Part shown: positions 52,953 to 64,000 of the stretch, in pieces
Numbering within the stretch: the stretch's first letter is position 1
Layout of the letters: each line of letters begins with the position of its first letter
Source: Mytilus californianus
Lineage: Eukaryota
NCBI RefSeq assembly: GCF_021869535.1
Contig: NW_026262734.1
Coordinates: 39,960,487-40,024,486, forward strand
DNA: 64,000 nucleotides
Direction of reading: 5' to 3'
Made by a program: the position numbers and the translations under genes
The notes under the pieces: model-generated
What the model was told of the DNA's origin: nothing
The model's database searches: none
What the model saw: only the letters and a program-made list of their open reading frames with translations

Positions 52953-53160
52953 TGTGAATTCAGTATTATTTGTGGGATACCTTTCATGGAATTGGTGGAT
53001 ACACTTGAATCACAAATTTAAATGTTTAACGAAGTTTTAATTTTTTATAGGCTTGTATGCAGACTTTGGCAAAACCACGAAATCAAATATCCACGATAAA
53101 AAATATAGATTTCCCTCAATCCAAGAAAATTGGTACCCATGGAAATAAATGAATCCACAG
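52953..53160. mobile_element. Second copy of the TA-flanked Tc1/mariner-type MITE (CTGTGAATTCAG...ATGAATCCACAG)
   Basis: Similarity to 18976-19195. TA flanks. Confidence 0.55.
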
Positions 53161-53676
53161 TATACTAAAGAATCTCTTCTATATTTTAAAGTTAGCAAAA
53201 CTCGGGTTTATTCATTTAATTGCATTCTCTACAAATAAAAATTGATCTAAGGTAAAACAATATTTATAAGTTATCAATTCTGAAAAATCAGTCAGCTTTA
53301 CAAAATTTGTTCTACTTGGCTTTTATAAAAAGACATACATCTGCACAAAATAAAATTATATTTTGCAGGGGAGATAATTGACTTCACTCGTAATGTTACA
53401 CAAAACTCAACATAACCAAAACAACATTATAAAAGAAACATAAGAAATTACTAATATTTAAACACAAATTTAAATAATGCAAATTCTAAATAAAAGTATG
53501 TTGTGATATAATGCAATAATTTCTTTCAATGGTTAGTACTTCAACTTGACAGAACATACCTTATAGTTACAGGATCAATTAGCGTAGAAACTATTTTGAC
53601 CTATTTTTTACTATGATTATCAAGAAATGATAGAATCAAGATAAAATCTAATATATTTTATAAATGATCATCAAAG

Positions 53677-53809
53677 AATGAAAGTAAAGAAACAGAGAAA
53701 AAGAAACACTTGGACTTCCTGGATATTTTAATAACAGCAAAAGATGATAATGGTGTAGGACTGACAGATGATGAAATCAGGGCAGAAGTCGATACCTTCC
53801 TTTTTGCTG
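53677..53809 (+). CDS. CYP4-like gene 2 exon 7: NESKETEKKKHLDFLDILITAKDDNGVGLTDDEIRAEVDTFLFA(G)
   Basis: Acceptor ag 53675-76, donor gt 53810-11. Near-identical to gene 1 exon 3931-4063. Confidence 0.85.
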
Positions 53810-54469
53810 GTAACTTTTTAACAATGAATTTCTAATGAATTCAATATTGGATAACCACCAATCATTTGACTATTGCACATATATGTATTAAAATTAATTG
53901 ATTTATTTTTCCAGATGCTGCCATCTGACCTATCAACGAATTTAAGTTGAAGAAAACTTAGCTTTTGATAGATTTGTGGTATTCATTCCTATCCTTCTCA
54001 ATGATTATTTCTGTTTAGATATATTTATTATTTCTATCCTTTTCAAAGATTATTTCTGTTTGGATATATTATTTCTCTAATCTTTGTGCTATTTTCACAT
54101 TTCTTGATCAGTGTGAGAAAAATATTTTTACTCACTAGTGAAATATCTGTTCTCGGCAAATGATTGATCGAAATTTAATTATGATGTCAAATTTTCTTGG
54201 TTTCTTCTGAATTTCCCTATTGTGATGTCATGAAAAAAGGCGACCATTCCTGATAACGTCACATATAAAGAACACAGCTTTCTGCAAATCTTTGAAAAGG
54301 AAGGATGAAATTCAGTAGAGAAACAGATTCCACCACTTAATAACTCGTGTATTACTACATTTCTCCACTCTCAACAGTTAAATTTTAATCATTTAAAAAG
54401 TTCGGCAAACCTAGCGCTTTGAATATTAAAACTTAACTGTCTTTAGTGGAGAAATATCTTAACACACTT

Positions 54470-54700
54470 GTTGCAGTGGTGGAATCTATATGTATATCCT
54501 TCTTAAAGATTATTTCTGTTTGGATATATTATTTCTATCCTTCTCAAAGATTATATCTGTTTGGATATATTATTTATATCTTTCTCAAAGATTATTTCTG
54601 TTTGGATATATTATTTCTGTTTGGATATATTATTTCTGTTTGGATATATTATTTCTATCATTCTCAAAGATTATTTCTGTTTGGGTATATCTTCCAGTAC
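54470..54700. repeat. 41-bp minisatellite (tatccttctcaaagattatttctgtttggatatattatttc) of ~5 units. Diverged copies at 53940-54100
   Basis: Direct reading. Overlapping six-frame ORFs here are periodic artefacts. Confidence 0.85.
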
Positions 54701-55139
54701 CAAAGTGAAGTCTTGTGAAAGGAATATTAGATTTTGTCAGCCAGGATGAAACAAACAAGCAAAACGGAAACTGAAAACTATGCTTACAGATATGATTGTA
54801 AGGAGATGTGGGTATACATTAATGAGACAGAAACCCAGCCAAAAAAATAACCTAAAGACATCTGGAGGGCAACTTACAGTCTTCAACAAAAGACAGGTGT
54901 CTAAACAATATGTCAAGGTCTAAATTGTCCTGAGTCTATAAAAGTTGTGAATAACAGAAACACATTTGTACATTTATAGACTGCAGTTGTCTAAGTTATA
55001 CTGAGATATATCATAATAAATTATTTGTTTGAACATTGGTATAATATTACAATATTATGGTACACTTGTAGTAATTTTAAGCATTTGTTTCTTTCTTTTT
55101 ATCTGCCATCTAGATATTCTTATAGAAATAGGTGTTGTA

Positions 55140-56455
55140 AAACTGAGCCTCCTCATTGGGTTTTTGATTATGTGATTACTTGGCCGTTTTTATAGTGATT
55201 ATTTGATTACCAGACCAAATATTTCATGATTATTTGATTATTTGATAATCTAGGACTGTATTTTTGATTATTTGATTTTCTTGTTTAAAATAAATGGGGA
55301 ATGTGTCCATGGGACACAGATGATGCCCCCGCTTGCATATAAAGTTGTGAAGGGACATAACTCAGGAACTGTAAAAGTGATGCTACCCAAATTTGTACTT
55401 GATCTGAGTTTTGTGGTAATAAGTATTGTGTATACATTTCATAACATTTAGTTGAGGCAAACTTAAGTTAGAGAATGGAAACAAAAAATCCAGCAATTTT
55501 TCCATTTAGAAATGGGCATAACTCTAGAACAGTATAGATGACGCCAACAAAAATCAAACTTGATCTGTGTTTTGTGGTAATAAGCATTGTGAATTAGTTT
55601 CATAACATTTGGTTGAGGCAAACTAAAGTTAGAGAACAGAAACAAAAAATTCAGCAATTTTTCCATTTGTAAAGGGGCATAACTCTAGAACGTTATAAGT
55701 GACGCCACCAAAATTCAAACTTGATATGAGTTTTGTGGTAATAAGCATTGTGTATAAGTTTCATAACATTTGGTAGAGGCAAACTAAAATTAGAGAAGGG
55801 AAACAAAAAAATTAGAAATTTTTCCATTTGTAAAGGGGCATAACTCTAGAACGGTATAGGTGACGCAACCAAAATTCGAACTTGATCTGAGTTTTGTGGT
55901 AATAAGCATTGTGTATATGTTTCATAACATATGGATGAGGCAAACTAAAGTAAGAGAACGGAAACGAAAAATTTAGTAATTTTTCCATTTGTAAAGGGGC
56001 ATAACTCTAGAACGGTAAAAGTGACACCACCAAAATTCAAACTTGATCTGAGTTTTGTGGTAATAAGCATTGTGTATAAGTTTCATAATATTTGGTTGAG
56101 GCAAACTAAAGTTAGAGAAGGGAAACAAAAAATTTAGCAAATTTTTCCATTTGTAAAGGGGCAAAACTCTAGAACGGCAAAAGTGACGCCACCAAAATTC
56201 AAACTTGATCTGTGTTTTGTGGTAAGAAGCATTGTATATAAGTTTCATAACATTTGGTTAAGGCAAACTAAAGTTAGAGAACAGAAACCAATTTTGGGAC
56301 GTACGTACGGACGTACAGACAGACAAGGGTAAAACTTAATGCCCCCTCCGCTACGGCGGGGGCATAAAAATAAAATAATGATTATGTGATTATATTGGCA
56401 AACAATTTGTGATTATGTGATAACTTGAACACCCCCATGAGGGGCCTCAAAACTC
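55140..56455. mobile_element. MITE (GAGCCTCCTCAT... family) carrying a nested element. The nested element starts ...gatgcccccgcttgcat, holds a 5-unit ~170-bp satellite (55300-56290) and ends ...ggacgtacgtacggacgtacagacagac...aatgccccctccgctacggcgggggcat
   Basis: MITE termini at 55140-55300 and 56380-56455 match 50210-50455. Internal array read directly. Confidence 0.55.
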
Positions 56456-56508
56456 AGGTCTAAACTATATTTTGCATACTTCTTAATATTGTAGAGTTTA
56501 TGTTCTAG

Positions 56509-56632
56509 GTCATGACACAACATCCTGTTTACTCAGTTGGAGTATGTATTGTTTGAGTAAATTCCAAGACATCCAGGACAAAGTTTACCAGGAAATTAAG
56601 GAGGTCATTGGCAACAAAAATACTGTTGACAG
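56509..56632 (+). CDS. CYP4-like gene 2 exon 8: (G)HDTTSCLLSWSMYCLSKFQDIQDKVYQEIKEVIGNKNTVD
   Basis: Acceptor ag 56507-08, donor gt 56633-34. Confidence 0.85.
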
Positions 56633-57980
56633 GTAAAATTGTATTTTATTTTAAAGAATGAAGTATTATCGAGAATTGTAATTTATCTTTGGAATCCTAA
56701 TTCCCAATAATCAAACAGACAATTAATGATTTGCTTGACAACTTGACATGGTCATGGTAATAGTTTTTTTCAAACACATTATGATTAACTTTAGGACCAT
56801 TCAAAATGAAAATAACACATGATAAATTTAGTGCGTCCAAATTACTTTTCAGGATTTGCCTTTATCAGAAAGCCTAATTTTACCCAAAAATTTGAAAGCC
56901 AAGATACTTTTTATTTCTTCTTATGACCAAAGACAATTCTAAGCTACATTGCATTTAATATAGACATTTAACATTGTCATCATCCTTATATGTTCATTAA
57001 CAAATTGTACTACTGTGTAAATAAAACATGATACTGGAGTTGCAATCTATGTTTTTTGTAAAGTTTATTGAAAAGGATAGGTACATGTATTGTCAGCCCA
57101 TTAACAGTTAAAAAGCAAAGTTACATACTTTCAAGAATGGTTGATTCGTTTTAAATTGGGTCAGATACCTCCAACACCTGCTTGCGAAGAGGGTCCAGGC
57201 AGATTTCAATATGAATGTAAACTTTTAAGGTAATTTCTATGAGTTTTTTTAAACAACTTTGACCAATTTAGATAAGCATTGGTATATTGTCAAATAATGT
57301 TAATTTTTCTTGACAGAGAATGAAACATATGACATACCTGGTGAAATATATTAAGGTACTATGGGTTCTGCAGACAACTTTGATCGTAAAATAGCAGAAA
57401 ACAAGATTTTGTAATGAAAAAATCAAAATTTGGAAAGAGGAATGCAATTTATTCGGAAGACTTTCATTTGAAGGAAAAAAATTATGTTATTTTATCTTAT
57501 TATTATGACTAGATTTACAGAGTCAGAGTATTTTTTGTTAGAGTTATTGGTTTTTAAACTAAGCCTTTTAAAGGGAGATAACTCAGATAATTGATTTAAA
57601 AAGGAATGTACAGTAATTTTTTTATTTTATTTTATAGCAGTTACCCCATTTTTCTTTGAAATTTCGCAAAGCATTTCATAAGAACTATCATTTAATTTCA
57701 TTCGGTTATTGACTTTTCTTTCTATACACATAATAAGGCCTTTTCTCTGTGTAATTCTTACAAATTGTGTCATTTTTTCACAACTCGAAGCTTTAAAACA
57801 AAGAAAATAATGCCATTTTTGCAAAGTTTTACAAAATTCTGAAAATGTCTATACCCCTATACTACCTTGATAAGGTTTATATTGGGGAAGGTTGTTCTTA
57901 CAATAAGAGCTTTATTATCATTAATAGTCCTTCTTCAATATCATGTTTAAGTTTACAATTAATACCATTGTTTTATATAG

Positions 57981-58176
57981 TGAAGATCTACCAAATTTGA
58001 AATACTTGACATGTTTCCTGAAGGAAGTAATGAGATTACATTCACCAGTATCGATAGTTAACAGAATGCTTGAACAACCAGTTGTTATTAACGGTTTAGA
58101 GATACCTGCTGGTATATTAATAGATCTTGGTATTTATCATGCTCAAAACCATCCTGATGTCTGGCAAAATCCCACG
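57981..58176 (+). CDS. CYP4-like gene 2 exon 9: (S)EDLPNLKYLTCFLKEVMRLHSPVSIVNRMLEQPVVINGLEIPAGILIDLGIYHAQNHPDVWQNPT
   Basis: Acceptor ag 57979-80, donor GTAGGT at 58177. Confidence 0.85.
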
Positions 58177-58859
58177 GTAGGTCTTAATCAAACAATGTAT
58201 TGTAAAGGTTTTAAAAATGCCTTCCCATGTTCAACCAACACATTGTCATAGATTTGCTGCATCAAACAATTATATTTTTGAATTCATGAGATACTGTTAC
58301 TAGTTTGCAAATATTATACCTCAGTTTTTATTTCTTTATAAAATTGTAGACAATTAAATTTACTAATTTTACGAAATTGTCTGAAAAAGACTTATGGGTT
58401 TTTTTAACGACCTTGACTGGCTATAAAGCCCTTGCACGGTCGGTAACCGAAAAACTGGTTAATAGTTTTAAAAACAATTTACTGGATATGAACTATTTAC
58501 TGGAAGCAAACATTTTCCTGTAAAAAGACTATTAACCGGTGCAAATAATGGTTTGCATCAGGAAATAGTCTAAGGGACAATAAACTTGCTATTGTCCTCA
58601 TAGCCAGTAAATAAGTGTAAACTAGTACTGGTTGGAATACAAATCTAACCTGGAATCTTGGACAGGAAACATAAGACATATATTTAAATTCCTAGATTTA
58701 GACTATCTATTTGTAAACCAGTCAAACTTGAAGCAAAAAAAGTGAAAAACTATCTAACAATAAAATTTAGATAAATTTGGGTAGCTAATTTAGAAAGCAA
58801 TTCTGGGAAGAGTACCAATATACAGTCAGGCAATAAATTAAGAACTAACAGAAAATTTA

Positions 58860-61800
58860 AAAATATATAAACTAAGTTTAATTTTGGACCCTTTGGACCT
58901 TAATGTAGACCAATTTGAAAACGGAACCAAAATTTAAGAATCTAAATACACGGTTAGATTCGGCATATCAAAGAACCCCAATAATTCAATTTTTGATGAA
59001 ATCAAACAAAGTTTAATTTTGGACCCTTTGGACCTCAATGTGGACCAATTAAAAAACGGGGCCTAAAATCAAAAAACTAAATACACGGTTAGATTCAGCA
59101 TATTAAAGAACCCCAAGAATTCAAGAATAAAACCCCATTGAAATTGGTCAAGAAATAAGCAATTTATATGAAGTATCTTCTTTTGCACAATACTGTGCAA
59201 TTAAATATTTCTTGCTATTGCGCAATACTGTAAAATTGACCATTTCTTCTATTGCGCAATATTGTGCTATTGCATATTTCTTGCTATTGCGCAATACTGT
59301 GCAATTGAAGATTTCTTGCTATTGCGCAATACTGTGCAATTGAAGATTTCTTGCTATTGTGCAATACTGTGCAATTGAAAATTTCTTGCTATTGCACAAT
59401 ACTTATTATATAATAATTTACACATCCTTTTTGGTGTGTATCTCCTACCATATCATTATTATTTACTTTTAAATATAAATCAGAAATAACCAACTTAAAA
59501 TGGAAAATTTAAAAAAAAGAAAAAAAAAGGGAAAAAAAAAAATCCCCCCCCCAAATTTTTTGAACCCCCTTATGATTCATCACCCCCAAACTCAATCCCA
59601 GCCTTCCCTTTGTGGTATGGTACCTTGCAGTACAATTTCAGAGAGATCCATACACTTGAACACAAGTTATTGTCTGGAAACTAGAAAAATGTGTTTTTTG
59701 GCCCCTTTTTGGCCCCAAATTCCTTAACATTTAGGGCAATTACCCCAAAACTCAAACCCAGCTTTCCCTTTGTGATATGCAACCTTGTAGTACAATTTCA
59801 GAAAGATCCATACACTTGCACACAAGTTATTGTCCTGAAGCTAGAAAAATGCTTGTTTTTTGCCCCTTTTTGGCCCCTTATTCCTAAACTATTGAGGCAA
59901 TTACCCCCATCATCAATCCCAGCCTTCCCTTTGTGGTATGGTACCTTGCAGTACAATTTCAGAGAGATCCATACACTTGAACACAAGTTATTGTCTGGAA
60001 ACTAAAAAAATGCTTATTTTTTGGCCCCTTTTTGGCCCCAAATTCCTAAACGTTTCGGTAATTACCCCCAAACTCAATTCCAGCTTTCCCTTTGTGATAT
60101 GGAACCTTGTAGTACAATTTCAGAAAGATCCATACACTTACACACAAGTTATTGTCATGAAACTAGAAAAATGCTTGTTTTTTGCCCCTTTTTTGGCCCC
60201 TAATTCCTAAAATTTTGAGGCAATTACCCCCAAAATCAATCCCAGCATTCCTTTTGTGATATGGAACCTTGTGGTACAATGTCAGAGAGATCCATACACT
60301 AACACACAAGTTATGTCTGGAAGTTACAAAAATGCATTTTTTTCTAGTTTCCAGACAATAACTTGTGTTCAAGTGTATGGATCTCTCTGAAATTGTACTG
60401 CAAGGTACCATACCACAAAGGGAAGGCTGGGATTGAGTTTGGGGGTGATGAATCATAATGGGGGTTCAAAAAATTTTGGGGGGGGGTTTATTTTTTTTTC
60501 CTTTTTTTTCTTTTTTTCCTTTTTTGTTTCTTTTAAAATTTTCCATTTTAAGTTTGTTATTTCTGATTTATATTTAAAATCAAATAATAATAAATTATTA
60601 TATAATAAGTATTGTGCAATAGCAAGAAATTTTCAATTGCACAGTATTGCACAATAGCAAGAAATCTTCAATTGCACAGTATTGCGCAATAGCAAGAAAT
60701 CTTCAATTGCACAGTATTGCGCAATAGCAAGAAATATCCAATAGCACAATATTGCGCAATAGCAAGAAATTGTCAATTGTACAGTATTGCGCAATAGCAA
60801 GAAATATTTAATAGCACAGGATTGTGCAAAAGAAGATACTTCCTATAAATTGCTTATTTCTTGACCAATTTCAATGGGGTTTTATTCTTGATTTCATGGG
60901 GTTCTTTAATATGCTGAATCTAACCGTGTATTTAGTTTTTGGATTTTGGGCCCCGTTTTTAAATTGGTCCACATTGAGGTCCAAAGGGTCCAAAATTAAA
61001 CTTTGTTTGATTTCATCAAAAATTGAATTATTGGGGTTCTTTGATATGCCGAATCTAACTGTGTATTTAGATTCTTAAATTTTGGTTCCGTTTTCAAATT
61101 GGTCTACATTAAGGTCCAAAGGGTCCAAAATTAAACTTAGTTTGATTTTAACAAAAATTGAATTCTTAGGGTTCTTTGATATGCTGAATCTAAACATGTA
61201 TTTAGATTTTTGATTATGGGCCCAGTTTTCAAGTTGGTCCAAATCGGGGTCCAAAATTAAACTTTGTTTGATTTCAACAAAAATTGAATATATGGGGTTC
61301 TTTGATATGCTGAATCTAACCATGTATTTAGATTTTTGATTTTTGGGCCCCGTTATCAACTTTGTCCACATTGAGGTCAAAAGGGTCCAAAATTAAACTT
61401 TGTTTGATTTCATCAAAAATTGAATTATTGGGGTTCTTTGATATGCCGAATCTAACCGTGTATTTAGATTCTTAATTTTTGGTTCCGTTTTCAAATTTGT
61501 CTACATTAAGGTCCAAAGGGTCCAAAATTAAACTTAGTTTGATTTTAATAAAAATTGAATTCTTAGGGTTCTTTGATATGCTGAATCTAAACATGTATTT
61601 AGATTTTTGATTATGGGCCCAGTTTTCAAGTTGGTCCAAATCGGGGTCCAAAATTAAACTTTGTTTGATTTCAACAAAAATTGAATATATGGGGTTCTTT
61701 GATATGCTGAATCTAACCATGTATTTAGATTTTTGATTTTTGGGCCCCGTTATCAACTTTGTCCACATTGAGGTCAAAAGGGTCCAAAATTAAACTTTGT

Positions 61801-61905
61801 TTGATTTCATCAAAAATTGAATTCTTGGGGTTCTTTGATATGCTGAATCTAACCATGTATTTAGATTTTGGATATTGGACCATAATAGGTGAATGTCCAA
61901 TTTAA
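58860..61905. mobile_element. Foldback-like palindromic element of ~3 kb. Each arm runs 140-bp satellite units, then a unique ~60-bp segment, then 41-bp subrepeats (cttgctattgcgcaatactgtgcaattgaagatttc) and a poly-C/G segment. ~165-bp tandem units (59540-60330) sit inside the left arm, and the fold centre is near 60330
   Basis: 59100-59540 is the reverse complement of 60480-60890. The 58860-59100 satellite is the reverse complement of 60890-61900. Lies in the intron between CYP gene 2 exons 9 and 10. Confidence 0.65.
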
Positions 61906-63119
61906 AATTTTTAAGTTCTTAGACCACATTCAATCTGTGTTAGAAACCTATGCTGTGTCAAATATTTAATCACAATCCAAATCCAAAGCTGTATCAAGCT
62001 TGAATGTTGTGTCCATACTTCCCCCAACTGTTCAGGGTTCGACCTCTGCGGTCGTATCAAGCTGCGCCCTGCGGAGCATTTTATTGAATTTGATTTCACA
62101 CTTTTGGGTTAGGCCTTTAATCTTCTTGCATTTAAAGAAAGACTGCAATATAGCCTTACTTGAGATCTTGTCTTTATTTAGATCGTAGCAACAGTGCTTA
62201 CCTCACCTATTATAGACATTTTGCCACAAGATGTCTTTATACAAAGTTGTTAATGTAAGCATGATGCTATACAGTAGTGTTTGATAATAGCTGAAGGCAG
62301 TGATCTATAAATTTAAACCATTGTTGTGAATCAGCCTATTCATTTACCGTGGATTCTTTTTCTAGAATCCTAAATCTGTCGCTTAAATGGACTCGCCAAA
62401 TTATATTCAATTGTTTCCTTTGTATCGAACCCCTCCTTGAAATCTGTTATGAGTGACTGACATCAACACATCGACGAAACCCCGCGGCTACCAATATAAA
62501 TGTCTATTTTATATATATAAATAATTATAAATAAACATTAGCACACATATGTACAACAGATACTCAGGGCTTGTACCTTTATGTATACATAATAGACAAT
62601 CGTATAGTATAAGTTGGTAGCCGCGAGGTTAACATGGTTAATATCAATGAGTTAAAGAGTCAAGTTAAAGGTAGAGACTTGTTCGTTTAGGTTCGAATCC
62701 CTGTATTCTCTTTGTTGTCCTTATTCTTTAGTTTTTCTGTTTTTCTAATTTTGTATGTTACTGTGGATATTTTTGTAATAATAGCGGGTTTTCCCGTTTC
62801 TTTTTGGATTATTATTGGCTATTTCGCATATTTGAAAAGAAAATGATTACATTCAATTTGTCCATTTTTATTTTATGAATATAGTATGCTTTCGTCTGTT
62901 TGACTACATATCTTTACAAATGTTTATTCACAAATCCCTATTCGAGTAACATGAGTAAATCGTGATGTGCCTAGAATTAGACTTCTTGATAGAATTTTCA
63001 GTAGCATACTTATTATATATACTTAGAAATAAGTTTGAATATGTCTTATTTTGTAAATTACAGATGATATTCAGATGATTTAAAGACAGACGTGTTATGT
63101 TATATTTGTATTTTTCTAA

Positions 63120-63260
63120 CCAATTAATTGTGAACTTAGATTTATTAATGCATCGTTGAACACGATAATTAATTGTGAACTTAGATTTATTAATGCATCG
63201 TTGAACACGATAATTTATTGTGAACTTAGATTTATTAATGCATCGTTGAACACGATAACA
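63120..63260. repeat. 49-bp unit tandemly triplicated (caattaattgtgaacttagatttattaatgcatcgttgaacacgataat)
   Basis: Direct reading. Confidence 0.85.
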
Positions 63261-63624
63261 TGATTATTTAAACTCACTTACAATACCTTCTAATTAAGAA
63301 AAGACATCAACACAATAGTTTAAGTTAGAGATACAATGGATAAGCGTTGATTCATTGTATCTATAATACATATCAACATCATTTGGACTCAGGTGGATGA
63401 TTGTCAAATTGGCAATCATACCAAATCTTCTTATTCTTTATAAAGTATCTTTTTTCTGTATGGCTGATTATCATATTTGACTTTATCACCAACAACAATG
63501 TGTTATTTTAAAATGGCTCTTTTCTTTCAAATATGTAAATTCTAATAATTTATAACATGAAAGTGACAAGCAAATAATAGAAAAACAAAAGCCTTCATCA
63601 TATTCACAGCTAAGCCTATTTCAG

Positions 63625-63707
63625 GAGTTTAAACCAGAGAGATTTGAGGGAGACAAACATCATGAAATGGATCCATATAGCTTTACTCCATTTTCAGCTG
63701 GACCCAG
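63625..63707 (+). CDS. CYP4-like gene 2 exon 10: EFKPERFEGDKHHEMDPYSFTPFSAGP(R). The gene continues beyond the window
   Basis: Acceptor ag 63623-24, donor GTAAGC at 63708. Confidence 0.85.
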
Positions 63708-64000
63708 GTAAGCATTTATTTATCCTTGGTATGGGAGATAACTCATTACTGGTAATAACTTACTGGTACCTTTTCTTAAAACTTTTTTCTGTGTAAGAAG
63801 GTAAATATAAACTTTTTCTCTTATAAATCAATGAGATTTGAGGGAGACAAACAATATGAGAAGGATCTGTATAGTTTGATCATGGATTAAGATTAGGTAC
63901 CAAGTTATCAATGAGTTATCTCCCATATGAAGGACAGCTAATTTCCCTTATCAACATTAAGACATGAATCCTTGAAATTTTAATATATTTTTACCTGGCC

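Noticed and set aside
54446-54749. Three overlapping plus-strand ORFs
   Set aside because: They are inside the 41-bp minisatellite and result from periodic reading frames.
59500-61777. Multiple 60-104 aa ORFs on both strands (e.g. 59691-60005, 60163-60456, 61075-61380, 61472-61777)
   Set aside because: They lie within the foldback element arms and satellite units. The same peptide recurs per repeat unit. There is no coding signature.
1-64000. Prokaryotic-style features (operons, CRISPR arrays, defence systems, rho-independent terminators)
   Set aside because: GT-AG introns, satellites, MITEs, polyA signals and a CYP4 gene structure show this is eukaryotic nuclear DNA. No repeat-spacer architecture is present. 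The tandem arrays have no unique spacers.

Overview
This window is eukaryotic nuclear DNA, not prokaryotic. It is AT-rich, has GT-AG introns, and is crowded with satellites, MITEs and SINE-like repeats. The repeat content suggests a bivalve mollusc (possibly Mytilus-like), but this is inference only. Two tandem, same-strand cytochrome P450 family 4 (CYP4-like) paralogs flank a ~30 kb island of nested transposable elements. Gene 1 is 3'-partial in the window, with 6 exons between 3931 and 14112 that correspond to exons 7-12 of gene 2. Gene 2 starts at ATG 46034 and runs through at least 10 exons to the window end. Intron positions and phases are identical in the two genes. The most interesting structure is a 19.2 kb element (23768-42977) bounded by ~110-150 bp terminal inverted repeats. 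Each repeat carries 4-5 subterminal copies of a ~17-20 bp motif (CGCTGAAGTGCGATGG). This element sits inside a ~1.2 kb non-autonomous element, which in turn sits inside a small GGGTCTGG-type MITE, making three levels of nesting. The big element carries two minus-strand genes. The first is a multi-exon gene whose product has an N-terminal C4 zinc ribbon and Tc1/IS630-like DDE blocks ([24 protein letters not shown]). The second is an intact TREX/DnaQ-like DEDDh 3'-5' exonuclease ORF. Other features include a 4 kb 53-bp satellite immediately 3' of a CYP splice donor, a ~3 kb foldback-like palindromic element in a CYP intron, and several satellite families. One satellite family carries AGGTCAAGGTCA nuclear-receptor-type half-site pairs, and one minisatellite is built of CCATCAGATGG palindromes. 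No rRNA, tRNA or CRISPR features could be supported.
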